The notes below the pieces were generated by a model, which made no database searches, was not told the DNA's origin, and saw nothing but the letters and a program-made list of their open reading frames with translations. Of a DNA stretch of 64,000 nucleotides, positions 29,893-39,933 are shown piece by piece. Each line of letters begins with the position of its first letter. Within the stretch, counting starts at the first letter, position 1. The position numbers and the translations under genes are program-made. Where the stretch lies: assembly GCA_023394415.1 (NCBI GenBank), contig JAEXAR010000034.1, positions 24,298 through 88,297 of the forward strand, given 5' to 3'. This DNA is from Bacteroidota bacterium (GTDB lineage: Bacteria; Bacteroidota; Bacteroidia; Flavobacteriales; Weeksellaceae).

Positions 29893-30612
29893 ATGATTGA
29901 AGTAAAAAACCTAACAAAAAAGTTCCAAAAGTTCACAGCATTGGACTCGGTTAATCTGAATTTTACAGACGGACATTCTATCGCATTAATCGGACCCAAC
30001 GGTTGTGGAAAAACCACGTTGATTAAATGCATTTTGGGATTGAATGTCGTGGAAGAAGGTGATATTTTGGTAAATGGTGAAAGTGTGAAAGACCACTACA
30101 AATACCGAGAGAATATTGGTTATATGCCACAAATTGGGCGTTATCCTGAGAATATGACCATTGAAGAAACCATAAAAATGATACAGGACACGCGCAAAAA
30201 CTATAACGGTGAGGTTGATAACGAACTTTTACAGGCTTTTGAACTTGAAAAATTGTATGATAAAAAGATGGGCACACTTTCCGGTGGAACCACGCAGAAA
30301 GTGAGTGCAGTTCTGGCATTTATGTTCAATCCTAATACCATTATTTTGGATGAACCAACTGCAGGTCTTGATCCTTTGGCTTCTGAAATTTTGAAAAACA
30401 AAATTATTAAAGAAAAAAACAAAGGCAAACTCATCGTCATCACGTCCCATTTATTGAGTGAATTGGATGACATTGTAAGCGAAATCGTTTTTATGAACGA
30501 AGGAAAAATATTAGTGCATCAATCTGTGGAAGACCTTAAAAAAGACACTTCTACCGAAAAAATCTCGGACGGAATTGTAACCATTTTGAAAAAAATGAAG
30601 GCTGAAAATTAA
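29893..30612 (+). CDS. nosF: ABC transporter ATP-binding protein NosF
   Basis: Walker A GPNGCGKTT, signature LSGGTTQK and Walker B ILDEPTAGLD. Confidence 0.8.
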   Translation: MIEVKNLTKKFQKFTALDSVNLNFTDGHSIALIGPNGCGKTTLIKCILGLNVVEEGDILVNGESVKDHYKYRENIGYMPQIGRYPENMTIEETIKMIQDTRKNYNGEVDNELLQAFELEKLYDKKMGTLSGGTTQKVSAVLAFMFNPNTIILDEPTAGLDPLASEILKNKIIKEKNKGKLIVITSHLLSELDDIVSEIVFMNEGKILVHQSVEDLKKDTSTEKISDGIVTILKKMKAEN

Positions 30613-30786
30613 TTCTCTCGCAGATTTTGCGGATTTGACATATTATTAATTTTACAATTAAATTCAAATGGTTTTTCATTGATATGCATCTTGGATGCGC
30701 CTTTGTATAACTTAAAAATATTTCAAAATATTCAAAAGCCTTTGTTTTGCTTTGCGTTTAATATTTTGAATCAATAAAAGAAAAAA

Positions 30787-31554
30787 ATGAACAAAATAGC
30801 CCGTTTTATATTATTTGACATCTTAAAGAACAAAATCGTTATTCTGTACACTATTTTGCTCTTTATTATTTCGTGGTCGGTTTTAGGCCTTGAAAACAAT
30901 TTCACCAAAGCCACTTTAAGCCTGCTGAATATTGTTTTATTGGTGGTTCCTTTGGTAAGCATCATTTTTTCAACCATTTATGTTTATAACAGTAATCAGT
31001 TTATTGAATTGCTTTTGAGTCAGCCAGTACCTCGAAGCAAGGTTTGGTTCAATATTTTTTTAGGACTTTCCACCGCATTGATTTTGGCATTTCTAATTGG
31101 TTGTGGGATTCCAATTTTTCTATATTCATCCATAAAAACCGGAGCGTCACTTATTTTTATTGGTGTTTTGCTATCCATTATTTTTACGTCGTTGGCAATG
31201 TTGTCTGCCATTTTTAGCAGGGACAGAGCTAAAGGAATAGGAGTTTCCATTTTTATCTGGATGTTTTTTGCCATTATTTACGACGGAATTCTGCTTATTC
31301 TGATGTTTCAGTTTGCAGATTATCCCATTGAAGGAATTATGGCTTCTCTTGCAGCCATCAATCCAATTGGATTATCTAGAATGTTAGTACTTCTACAATT
31401 AGATGTTGCGGCGATGCTTGGACAAGCTGGAGCAATTTTCAAACAAGTTTTCGGCTCTGGCGGAGGCATGGGAATTTCGTTGGTAATCTTACTTATTTGG
31501 GCGGTGGTACCTTTCCTTTGGTCATTAATTAAATTCAATAAAAAAGATTTATAA
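30787..31554 (+). CDS. nosY: ABC-2 type permease NosY
   Basis: 255 aa with six TM helices. Adjacent to nosF. Confidence 0.7.
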   Translation: MNKIARFILFDILKNKIVILYTILLFIISWSVLGLENNFTKATLSLLNIVLLVVPLVSIIFSTIYVYNSNQFIELLLSQPVPRSKVWFNIFLGLSTALILAFLIGCGIPIFLYSSIKTGASLIFIGVLLSIIFTSLAMLSAIFSRDRAKGIGVSIFIWMFFAIIYDGILLILMFQFADYPIEGIMASLAAINPIGLSRMLVLLQLDVAAMLGQAGAIFKQVFGSGGGMGISLVILLIWAVVPFLWSLIKFNKKDL

Positions 31555-31600
31555 CAAAGGTTACAAAACTGATAAAACTCACATTATCAACGCTTAAAAT

Positions 31601-31614
31601 ATGACTTGAGTCAT
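31601..31614. promoter_or_regulatory. Crp/Fnr-type box aTGACttgaGTCAt upstream of the fasciclin gene
   Basis: ATGACTTGAGTCAT lies about 90 bp upstream of the start at 31705. Confidence 0.45.
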
Positions 31615-31704
31615 AACACTGCTTATCCGATTCGTTTTAACTTTATTTAATATTTAGGAGGAAACATTTTGATTTTCAAAAAATATTAAAAAAATATATG
31701 TACT

Positions 31705-32265
31705 ATGAAAAAGTCTTTTTTTATCCTTGCTTTGGCTTCTTTAGCGCTAGTTTCTTGTAAGAAGAATGAAACAGTAACCACCGATTCCGGCACTAATACT
31801 ACAACAGAAACTCCTGCAACACACGGACAGGAAGGTGTTGTAGATACAGATTCCGCACCGGATATTGTAAAATTGGCAGCCGGAAACAAAGATCTTTCTA
31901 CTTTGGTAACAGCAGTAAAAGCTGCAGGACTTACCACTTCCCTTTCAAACGCAGGGCCTTTCACAGTATTTGCGCCGGTAAATGCTGCGTTCGACAAACT
32001 ACCTGCAGGTACTGTGGATGATTTATTAAAACCTGAAAACAACGGAAAACTAACCGACATTTTGGGACACCACACTTATGTTGGCGTTATAAAAGCCGAG
32101 CAATTTACCGATGGACAAAACCTTGGAATGGTAGACGGAAAATCCATTACCATCAAAATGGTCAACGGAAAACCGACTGTGAACGGAACTGTAAACATCG
32201 TAGCATCAGTTCCTGCTTCCAACGGAATGGTGCATGTGGTTGATGGTGTGATTTTACCACAATAG
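31705..32265 (+). CDS. Fasciclin (FAS1) domain lipoprotein
   Basis: Lipobox VSC. GPFTVFAPVNAAFDKLPAGTVDDLL...GMVHVVDGVILP is a FAS1 domain. Confidence 0.75.
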   Translation: MKKSFFILALASLALVSCKKNETVTTDSGTNTTTETPATHGQEGVVDTDSAPDIVKLAAGNKDLSTLVTAVKAAGLTTSLSNAGPFTVFAPVNAAFDKLPAGTVDDLLKPENNGKLTDILGHHTYVGVIKAEQFTDGQNLGMVDGKSITIKMVNGKPTVNGTVNIVASVPASNGMVHVVDGVILPQ

Positions 32266-32333
32266 TGATTATCAAATAATAGTTTAAATTTAATGTTTGT
32301 AAGTGCTTCTCGAGAAATTGGGAGGCATTTTTT

Positions 32334-32476
32334 TTGTGCAACACAAAGGTCACGAAGATATCACAAAGACCACAAAACAAAAAAAATAAAACATGAATCT
32401 TTATAAAGCAAAGCTTCTTAAGAATAATAAAAAATTGTACTCTTTGTGCAAAAACTTTGTGCTCTTTGTGTTACAG
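32334..32476 (-). repeat. 3'-UTR element made of CACAAAG / CTTTGTG motif arrays (copy B)
   Basis: gtgcaacacaaaggtcacgaagatatcacaaagaccacaaaac ... actctttgtgcaaaaactttgtgctctttgtgttacag. It abuts the stop codon of the minus-strand gene at 32481 and shares the ATATCACAAAG and AACACAAAGG 10-11-mers with copy A. Confidence 0.5.
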
Positions 32477-32480
32477 AAAA

Positions 32481-33695
32481 TCAGATTTCTTTCTTTCGCA
32501 AATTGAAAAACATCAGCAACAATCCCAGCAACATCATTACCGAAACCACCAAAAGAATCTGTGGAGAGTATGGAAACGAAATATATTTTATAGATAAAAC
32601 ACCCATAATTCCAAGAACAGCCTCATTTAGAAAAATCCCTAAAAGAAGGAGTTTTAAACCATTGAGAATGGGTTTTGTTATTTTAAAAACATTCGTCGCC
32701 AAGATCTGACTGATTAAAAATACCGAAATACACATTAGTAGAATGAGGTGTAAATAAGCAATCACAATGTTTCTAAAACCAAATGCAAACTGACTTACAG
32801 CAGGAATATTGGAGCCTAATTGCAACAAAATTTTTACAAAAAAAGCAAAACCAACATAGATCAAAACAAATCTTTGCATGGGCGAAAAATTCACCACCAA
32901 ATGCTTCCAGTTATTCTTCACCATTTTATAAATCTTCACTGCTGCTAACGTTTGGGCCGAGGTTGCAATCACAATGCCAATAAAAATCCAAAGTGGAAGC
33001 TTTAACCAAAGTACAGATAATCCATAGCCAACTAAACATCCAAAAAACATCAACCAAAACATAGTTCTATTCTCTTTTTCGGAAATTTCTGCACCAACGT
33101 TTCTTATAGAATCAATCAGCAAACCTATACAGGCGAAAAGAAAAAATCCGTTGTACTGAAAATGCAGATAATAATACGTTGCAGCTAAATAAAGATTTTG
33201 TGTCATATGACCTGAAATCATCATATAACTCAATCCAAAAACACCTACCGATGATAGTACTGCAAAGAAAAGTCCTCCTACAAACCAAGGTTTAGATAAA
33301 TCATTTACCGTTTTTAAATCTCTTACTAAATAATACAGAAACACAAAACTTGTAAGCAAAGCAACTATAGAAGCAGCTATAGAAAGCCAATAATACCCGT
33401 TATAGATAAAACTCGGGATCATCGTATAAGCCGCAATTGCATTTACAATCAATAAGATATTGTAGGGTTTAAGTTGATATTCGTGAAAGAATTTTTGTAA
33501 ATAACGGATAATTAATACATAAATAATTTGTGTAATCCAGCCATAGAAAGCAAAGTGAGAGTGAGCTTCCTGCATATGTTTCTGATCAACAATTGGTAAT
33601 GAGAATGCAATTTTATACCTCATCAGCACTCCCAGAAGTGCTACAATTGCAAAATTGAATACTGAAAATTTTAACCAAAAAGCGATAGTCTTCAT
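32481..33695 (-). CDS. NnrS-like polytopic membrane protein (putative NO-responsive heme-copper membrane protein)
   Basis: 404 aa with about 12 TM helices and conserved His residues in the TMs. It sits next to the Crp/Fnr regulator and the nos cluster. The family assignment is tentative. Confidence 0.4.
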   Translation of the reverse strand: MKTIAFWLKFSVFNFAIVALLGVLMRYKIAFSLPIVDQKHMQEAHSHFAFYGWITQIIYVLIIRYLQKFFHEYQLKPYNILLIVNAIAAYTMIPSFIYNGYYWLSIAASIVALLTSFVFLYYLVRDLKTVNDLSKPWFVGGLFFAVLSSVGVFGLSYMMISGHMTQNLYLAATYYYLHFQYNGFFLFACIGLLIDSIRNVGAEISEKENRTMFWLMFFGCLVGYGLSVLWLKLPLWIFIGIVIATSAQTLAAVKIYKMVKNNWKHLVVNFSPMQRFVLIYVGFAFFVKILLQLGSNIPAVSQFAFGFRNIVIAYLHLILLMCISVFLISQILATNVFKITKPILNGLKLLLLGIFLNEAVLGIMGVLSIKYISFPYSPQILLVVSVMMLLGLLLMFFNLRKKEI

Positions 33696-33731
33696 GCATG
33701 CAAATTTACCTTAACAGATATACTTTGTATA

Positions 33732-33743
33732 TGATTACAGTCA
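33732..33743. promoter_or_regulatory. Crp/Fnr-type box TGATtacaGTCA about 40 bp upstream of the NnrS-like gene
   Basis: It matches TGAy-N4-rTCA, with its centre about 42 bp from the start codon at 33695. Confidence 0.45.
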
Positions 33744-33748
33744 CTATG

Positions 33749-34360
33749 CTACACAAATATCTTCCCGTTAATAATTTCCAGTTTGCCGTCTTTTTCCATC
33801 TTTTTCACGGTACGGATAATGGTTTCTATTCTTAAACCTGTCATATGCGAAATTTCTTTCCGCGTAAGGTTGATGAGGGTTTTTTCGTCACCTTTACCGT
33901 GTTCGCGTTTATAATCTCTTAATTGATGGATAATTCGATCTTCAGGATTTAGGAAAACAATATTACGAAGAGAAAGACTTTTTCGAATCGATTTTTCGGC
34001 TACAGAAATGGTGAATTCAAACATCTTTTCAGGATGTTGATGCATATAATCAATCAGGCTTTCACGTTTTATTTTTACAATTTCTGCCTTATCTGATGAC
34101 ACTTCTACATTGCCGGGAAAAGGTTTTTGAAGTAGAACAGCAGGCTCACCAAAAAAATTTCCCTTATTTACCTTGTGTTGCAAAAATTCCTTGCCTTCTT
34201 CAGTAAAATTAAAAACCGAAAGTTCACCGGACTTAAGGTAATAGAAGTATTGTGACACATCGCCTTCATTCGCAATAATATCACCTTTACAATACCATTT
34301 TACTTCAGCTTTTGTAAAGTTTACAATTACATCATCAAGAATAAACGCCATTCCTTTCAA
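33749..34360 (-). CDS. Crp/Fnr family transcriptional regulator
   Basis: cNMP-binding beta-barrel (GNFFGE) and a C-terminal HTH (LTRKEISHMTGLRIETIIRTVKKM). Confidence 0.8.
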   Translation of the reverse strand: MKGMAFILDDVIVNFTKAEVKWYCKGDIIANEGDVSQYFYYLKSGELSVFNFTEEGKEFLQHKVNKGNFFGEPAVLLQKPFPGNVEVSSDKAEIVKIKRESLIDYMHQHPEKMFEFTISVAEKSIRKSLSLRNIVFLNPEDRIIHQLRDYKREHGKGDEKTLINLTRKEISHMTGLRIETIIRTVKKMEKDGKLEIINGKIFV

Positions 34361-34483
34361 TTTACACCAAATATACTAAAATCTTCACGAATTTTTTTTG
34401 GCTAAAAAATTTTAATTCATACAGAAAATTAACATTAAAACCTTCATTTTTTCCTTATTTTTGAACAAAGTTGAAATGAAATT

Positions 34484-36577
34484 ATGACGTATCAGTTTAA
34501 TCCGAGAGATATAACGTGGCTTGCTTTTAATGAAAGGGTTTTGCAGGAAGCGATGGACGAGAGCGTTCCATTGCCTTTACGCATAAGGTTTCTTGGGATT
34601 TTTTCCAATAATTTAGATGAGTTTTTTAGAGTTCGTGTTGCGGGACTTAAACGTGCTATGGATTTTAAAAATAAGGTTTTAAGCGAAAGTTTTTATCAAC
34701 CGCCTTCTAAAATTCTAAAAAACATTACCGATACTGTAATACAGCAACAGGATAATTTTGCCAAAACCTGGAGCCAAATTCAGGGTGAAATGGCGGAAAA
34801 AAATGTTTTCATCAAAACTCATAAAAACCTCACCAAAGAACAGCGAGAATTTGTACGGAATTATTTTGATGAAGAAGTGGAAAGTAATGTCATCCCGATT
34901 TTGCTCCACGAGAATACAACAATGCCTTATCTACGAGATAAAAGTTTGTACATAGGTATTGCGATGCGCAAAAAAGAATGGCAGTACAAAAGCAGTTATG
35001 CTATTATTGAAGTTCCTTCTCGTGTTTTAGGGCGATTTGTACTTTTGCCTTCGGAAAATGGTGAAAAAAATGTGATGCTTTTGGAAGACGTCATTATCTT
35101 TAATCTTCCTTATATTTTTTCTTATTTTGGATATGATGATTTTGAGGCGCATTGTTTCAAAGTAACCAAAGATGCGGAGTTCGACTTGGATAATGATATT
35201 CGCACCACATTAGTTGAAAAGATAGAAAAAGCTGTGAAAAACCGTCGTAAAGGGAAGCCAACACGTTTCACTTTCGATAGAAATATGGATAAGGCTTTGC
35301 TCGAATTTTTGATTAAAAAGCTTAACCTCAGTTCAAGAGACAGCATTATTCCCGGAGGTAAAATTCATAATTTTAAGCATTTTATGGAATTTCCGGATGT
35401 TTTCAGAGCTATAAAAAAACCTGAAGAACGCACCTCCTTCTCGCATCCTGATTTTGCAGAAGGTGAAAGAGTGACGGATGTTGTTTTGAAGAAAGACATT
35501 CTTTTAACCTTTCCTTATCATTCTTATGTTCCTGTAATTGACTTGCTTCGGGAATCTGCAATGGATCCTGATGTGAAAACCATACAAATCACTGCGTACC
35601 GATTGGCATCCAACTCAAAAATTGTAAATGCATTGATTAACGCTGCCCGAAACGGAAAAGAAGTAACGGTAATGGTGGAACTTCGAGCCAGATTCGATGA
35701 AGAAAACAACCTAAAATGGAAAGAAAGGCTGGAAGTAGAAGGTGTAAAAGTGTTGGTTGGGATTCCCAATAAAAAGGTGCACGCTAAACTTTGCGTCATC
35801 AAAAAAAGAGTGAATAACAAAACCATACAGTATGGTTTTGTAAGCACCGGAAACTTTAATGAAAAAACCGCAAAAATATATGGTGATAATCTGCTGATGA
35901 CTTCTAACAGAGCCATTATGGCAGATATCAATAAAGTATTCAACCTTTTCAGAAAGCCAAAAACCAATCCTGAAGAAGCCTTAAAAAGTTGCAAAACACT
36001 AGTGGTTTGTCCAAGATTTATGCGTGAAAAAATTGAATGGCACATCAACAAAGAAATTTCTGAAGCCAAAGCCGGCCGTAAAGCGATGATGATTATTAAA
36101 GTTAATTCATTAAGCGACAGAGGATTAATCATCAAATTATACGAGGCAGCACAAGCAGGAGTTACGATTAAATTGATTGTTCGTGGTATTTTTTGTGCGG
36201 TAAATGATAAGAGTTTCAAAAAACCAATTGAAGCCATCAGTATTGTAGATGAATATCTAGAACATTCTAGAGTGATGTACTTTTATAACAAAGGCCAGGA
36301 AGATACATACATTTCTTCTGCAGACTGGATGACAAGAAATTTGGATTACCGTGTAGAAGCCGCTGTAAAAATCACTGAAAAATCACTAAAAAAAGAGCTG
36401 AAAGATTTGCTTGAAATTCAACTAAAAGACAACATTAAAGCAAGAATTTTAGACAACAAGCTAAAAAATAAATACGTTAAAAAGGAAGGCAAAGAGTTTC
36501 GTTCACAAATTGAAACTTATAAATATTTGAAAAGTAAAGCCGACGACCAAAACAACTCTTCAAGAAAAGCCTTGTAA
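34484..36577 (+). CDS. ppk: polyphosphate kinase 1
   Basis: N-terminal FNERVLQEA...RFLGIFSNNLDEFFRVRV and two PLD-like domains over 697 aa. Confidence 0.9.
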   Translation: MTYQFNPRDITWLAFNERVLQEAMDESVPLPLRIRFLGIFSNNLDEFFRVRVAGLKRAMDFKNKVLSESFYQPPSKILKNITDTVIQQQDNFAKTWSQIQGEMAEKNVFIKTHKNLTKEQREFVRNYFDEEVESNVIPILLHENTTMPYLRDKSLYIGIAMRKKEWQYKSSYAIIEVPSRVLGRFVLLPSENGEKNVMLLEDVIIFNLPYIFSYFGYDDFEAHCFKVTKDAEFDLDNDIRTTLVEKIEKAVKNRRKGKPTRFTFDRNMDKALLEFLIKKLNLSSRDSIIPGGKIHNFKHFMEFPDVFRAIKKPEERTSFSHPDFAEGERVTDVVLKKDILLTFPYHSYVPVIDLLRESAMDPDVKTIQITAYRLASNSKIVNALINAARNGKEVTVMVELRARFDEENNLKWKERLEVEGVKVLVGIPNKKVHAKLCVIKKRVNNKTIQYGFVSTGNFNEKTAKIYGDNLLMTSNRAIMADINKVFNLFRKPKTNPEEALKSCKTLVVCPRFMREKIEWHINKEISEAKAGRKAMMIIKVNSLSDRGLIIKLYEAAQAGVTIKLIVRGIFCAVNDKSFKKPIEAISIVDEYLEHSRVMYFYNKGQEDTYISSADWMTRNLDYRVEAAVKITEKSLKKELKDLLEIQLKDNIKARILDNKLKNKYVKKEGKEFRSQIETYKYLKSKADDQNNSSRKAL

Positions 36578-36605
36578 AAATTCATAATTTTGTAAAAATT
36601 TTGAG

Positions 36606-37493
36606 ATGAAAATCGCTGCGATAGATATAGGAAGTAATGCTGCAAGATTACTGATTAATGAGGTTACTGAAGCCAAAAAAGGACACCCGGAATTTATAAA
36701 ACTAAATCTTTTGAGGATTCCGTTACGTTTGGGTATGGATGTTTTCAGCTATGGTGAAATACGAGAAGAGCGGGAGAAAATGGTAATCGATTCCATGAGA
36801 ATTTTCGCTGATCTAATGAAGATTTATAATGTAGAACATTACCGTGCCTGTGCTACTTCTGCAATGCGCGATGCCAAAAATGGTGACGACATTCGTAAAG
36901 CAGTGAAAGAGACTTCGGGAATCAATATTGAGATTATATCCGGAGATGAAGAAGCAAGCTTGATTTACGAAAACCACGTGGCAGAAACACTTGATAAGAA
37001 TTTTGGGTATATGTATATTGATGTAGGTGGCGGTTCTACAGAATTGATGTACTTCGAAAACGGAAAAATGAAATACAAAAGGTCTTTCAATATTGGCACA
37101 ATCCGTTTACTCAATGGTTTGGTAACCGAAACCCATTGGAAGGAAATGAAAGACGAAATAAAAACCAAGATTATTGGCAAAAAACCAATTATAGCAATTG
37201 GTTCCGGAGGTAACATCAACAAAATTTTCTCTTTGAGCAAAACCAAAGACGGTAAACCTATGTCTTTGAACACTTTGAAAAATTATTATAAAGAATTTTC
37301 GGCTTTATCTGTTGCTGAAAGAATGCACAACTATAATCTGCGTGAAGATCGCGCCGATGTTTTGGTTCCGGCACTTGAAATTTTCACCAAAGTGATGTCT
37401 TGGGCAGAAATTTCTAAAATTTTTGTACCAAAAATTTCTGTAGCAGATGGTTTGGTACACAGCATTTATGATAATCTGAAGAAAAAGAAATAA
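36606..37493 (+). CDS. ppx: exopolyphosphatase (Ppx/GppA phosphatase family)
   Basis: MKIAAIDIGSNAARLLI, DVGGGSTE, and a position immediately downstream of ppk. Confidence 0.8.
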   Translation: MKIAAIDIGSNAARLLINEVTEAKKGHPEFIKLNLLRIPLRLGMDVFSYGEIREEREKMVIDSMRIFADLMKIYNVEHYRACATSAMRDAKNGDDIRKAVKETSGINIEIISGDEEASLIYENHVAETLDKNFGYMYIDVGGGSTELMYFENGKMKYKRSFNIGTIRLLNGLVTETHWKEMKDEIKTKIIGKKPIIAIGSGGNINKIFSLSKTKDGKPMSLNTLKNYYKEFSALSVAERMHNYNLREDRADVLVPALEIFTKVMSWAEISKIFVPKISVADGLVHSIYDNLKKKK

Positions 37494-37500
37494 AAGTATT

Positions 37501-38232
37501 ATGAAAAATTATGCGATACTAGTTTCCTCATTGGTTTTGTTTTACAGTTGCTCTGAAAGCAAGGAAACAGATAGCCAGCAAGTTATTCCTACGGTAACTG
37601 ATGAACAGAAAGTTTCAATTGAATTTCCACAAATGTCTGAAATAGACAGCTCTGGTGTTATCATGATGCCTTTAAGAATTGGTAATACCATTAATAATTC
37701 TAAAATAAGCGGATCATTTGATTCTAAAAAGGAAGATTATTTTTGGAATATTGTATTTGTAGACACCAACACCAATGATAAATATCCATTAAGTACTGAT
37801 AAGCTACTCATATCTAATTACGATAGTGATTATGGCTCTTCTTACAGCGCCTCAAACGAAAGCTCAGTGAAAGTTGATACCAGTACTAAAAAGTATCTTT
37901 TCTATAGGATTAGAAGCTTCGATGCCAACAAAAATGGAAATCTTGATTTATCCGATCCCGAATACCTCTTTATTTCTGACAGAAATGGCAAAAATCTTAA
38001 GCAAATTTCCGTACCTAACACACATTTATCGGACTGGATTTATGTAGGTAAAACCAATAAAGTTTATTTTACAGCCTTAGCTGACACTAACAATGATAAG
38101 GCTTTTGATGAAAATGATGAATTGGTAAATTATGAATATGATTTGCAAACCCATCAAAAATCTGAACCATTTTTTAACTCAAATTTCAAGAATTCTTTAA
38201 AAGAAAATTTTAAAAAACATTGGTTAAAATAA
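37501..38232 (+). CDS. Hypothetical lipoprotein
   Basis: Lipobox YSC. No family recognised. Confidence 0.4.
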   Translation: MKNYAILVSSLVLFYSCSESKETDSQQVIPTVTDEQKVSIEFPQMSEIDSSGVIMMPLRIGNTINNSKISGSFDSKKEDYFWNIVFVDTNTNDKYPLSTDKLLISNYDSDYGSSYSASNESSVKVDTSTKKYLFYRIRSFDANKNGNLDLSDPEYLFISDRNGKNLKQISVPNTHLSDWIYVGKTNKVYFTALADTNNDKAFDENDELVNYEYDLQTHQKSEPFFNSNFKNSLKENFKKHWLK

Positions 38233-38251
38233 TTAACACTTCAATATTAAT

Positions 38252-38306
38252 TTTTGGCTAAAGCCAATTCTTAAATCCAAAAAAAGCGGGCTTTAGCCCG
38301 CTTTAT
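38252..38306. repeat. Bipartite intergenic repeat, copy 2 (TTGGCTAAAGCCAA ... GCGGGCTTTAGCCCGC); also a bidirectional terminator
   Basis: Both palindromes are perfect. An A-run and a T-run flank the GC hairpin between the convergent genes. Confidence 0.7.
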
Positions 38307-38313
38307 TGGTATT

Positions 38314-39891
38314 TTATTTTCCTTCAGGATTTTCTGGATTTAGATTTCCTGGTTTCGGAGGTTCCTGTTTTGGTTTTTCCTGTATTTTGGCTTCGAGAAT
38401 TTTTTGTGCTACTTCTTTATCTTTACCTTTCAGATAATCCGGCAAGTTTAATCCTGCCATATTAAACAGATCGTTTAAAGGTGGTACTGTTTTCATCATC
38501 CCCGATACAAAATTGGCTGTAGAAGTATGACCATCCGGATTATTACCGCTGTCCCAAACTGTAACTTTATCAATTTTGATGTTTTTAACGGCTTCTACTT
38601 GGGTTTTAACCAAATCAGGGAGCTTTTCAATCAATAATAACTGAAAGGCATTTTGCGCATCTCCACCTGCAGCTTTCACTACCCTGTCATAACCTTCAGC
38701 CTGTTTAGTAAGAATTTCGTAGAGACCTTTTGCTTCGGCTTCCATTTTTGCAAAAATAGCGTCGGCCTCACCTTTTGCTTGTAATCTAATTTTTTCGGCT
38801 TCGGCTTCAGCATCAATAATGGCTTTCTGTTTGGAAATTTCAGCAGGAACAACGATGTTGGCGTTCTGTGTAGAACGTTCTCTTTCGGCTCTTGCAACCT
38901 CTGCTTTTTGCTCTGCTACATAAGATTCTTCCAAAGCTTTAGCTTGTTGCACCTTCTCAGCTGCAATTGCAATTCTTAGCGCTTCTGCTTCTTTTTCACG
39001 ACGCTCTGCATCTGAATTGGCAATGGTAATTTTGGCTTCGTTTTCTCCTTTTACCGCTATTGAGTTTGCCAAAGAAGTCGCAATTCTCGATTCCTTTTCG
39101 GCTTCCGCTTTACCAATATTTTCATCCTTAACAGCAGAAGCTATTGAAACCTCTTTATCTTTTTGAGTGATGGCGATTTTTACATCGCGATCTCTCATAG
39201 TTTCAGCAATTACAACATCTTTTTCTCTGTCGGCACTTGCTTTTCCGGTTTCACCGATTTTTTCCTGTTCTGCAACAGAAATTTTCGCTTCATTGATAGC
39301 TTTTGCAGCCGCTTCTTTACCTAAAGCTTCAATATATCCGGACTCGTCTTTAATATCGGTTACGTTAACGTTGATGAGTTTAAGACCAATTTTTTTAAGT
39401 TCGGTATCGACGTTTTTAGAAATATTATCAAGAAATTTATCTCTGTCAGAATTAATCTCCTCAATTGTCATCGTCGCTATTACCAAACGTAATTGCCCAA
39501 ACAGAATATCTTTTGATAATTCCTGAATCTGCTCTTGTGTTAAACCTAGCAATCTTTCAGCAGCATTTCCCATTGAATCCGGCTCTGTAGAAATCGCAAT
39601 CGTAAAACGGCAAGGCACGTCCACACGGATATTTTGTCTGGAAAGAGCGTTAGTAAGGTTGGCTTCAATGGAAATAGGTTTCAAATCCAAATAAGCATAA
39701 TCCTGAATGACAGGCCAAACAAATGCACCGCCTCCATGAATACATTTTGCCGAACTTCCACCGGTTTTACCATAAATCACAAGGATTTTATCTGAAGGGC
39801 AGCGTTTATAACGTGAGATTAAAGCTAAAAAAGTGACGAATAATACAAAAACCAATACAATAATAAGTACTAGTGTTCCTGATAAAGCCAT
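38314..39891 (-). CDS. Flotillin family protein (SPFH / band 7 domain)
   Basis: N-terminal TM, SPFH domain and a long Ala/Glu-rich coiled-coil region over 525 aa. Confidence 0.85.
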   Translation of the reverse strand: MALSGTLVLIIVLVFVLFVTFLALISRYKRCPSDKILVIYGKTGGSSAKCIHGGGAFVWPVIQDYAYLDLKPISIEANLTNALSRQNIRVDVPCRFTIAISTEPDSMGNAAERLLGLTQEQIQELSKDILFGQLRLVIATMTIEEINSDRDKFLDNISKNVDTELKKIGLKLINVNVTDIKDESGYIEALGKEAAAKAINEAKISVAEQEKIGETGKASADREKDVVIAETMRDRDVKIAITQKDKEVSIASAVKDENIGKAEAEKESRIATSLANSIAVKGENEAKITIANSDAERREKEAEALRIAIAAEKVQQAKALEESYVAEQKAEVARAERERSTQNANIVVPAEISKQKAIIDAEAEAEKIRLQAKGEADAIFAKMEAEAKGLYEILTKQAEGYDRVVKAAGGDAQNAFQLLLIEKLPDLVKTQVEAVKNIKIDKVTVWDSGNNPDGHTSTANFVSGMMKTVPPLNDLFNMAGLNLPDYLKGKDKEVAQKILEAKIQEKPKQEPPKPGNLNPENPEGK

Positions 39892-39933
39892 AGTTATTGA
39901 GATTTTAAATTTTAAATTTTAGATCGATGTTTC

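Noticed and set aside
35524-36237. 237-aa minus-strand ORF inside ppk1
   Set aside because: It is antisense to a strongly conserved PPK1 sequence.
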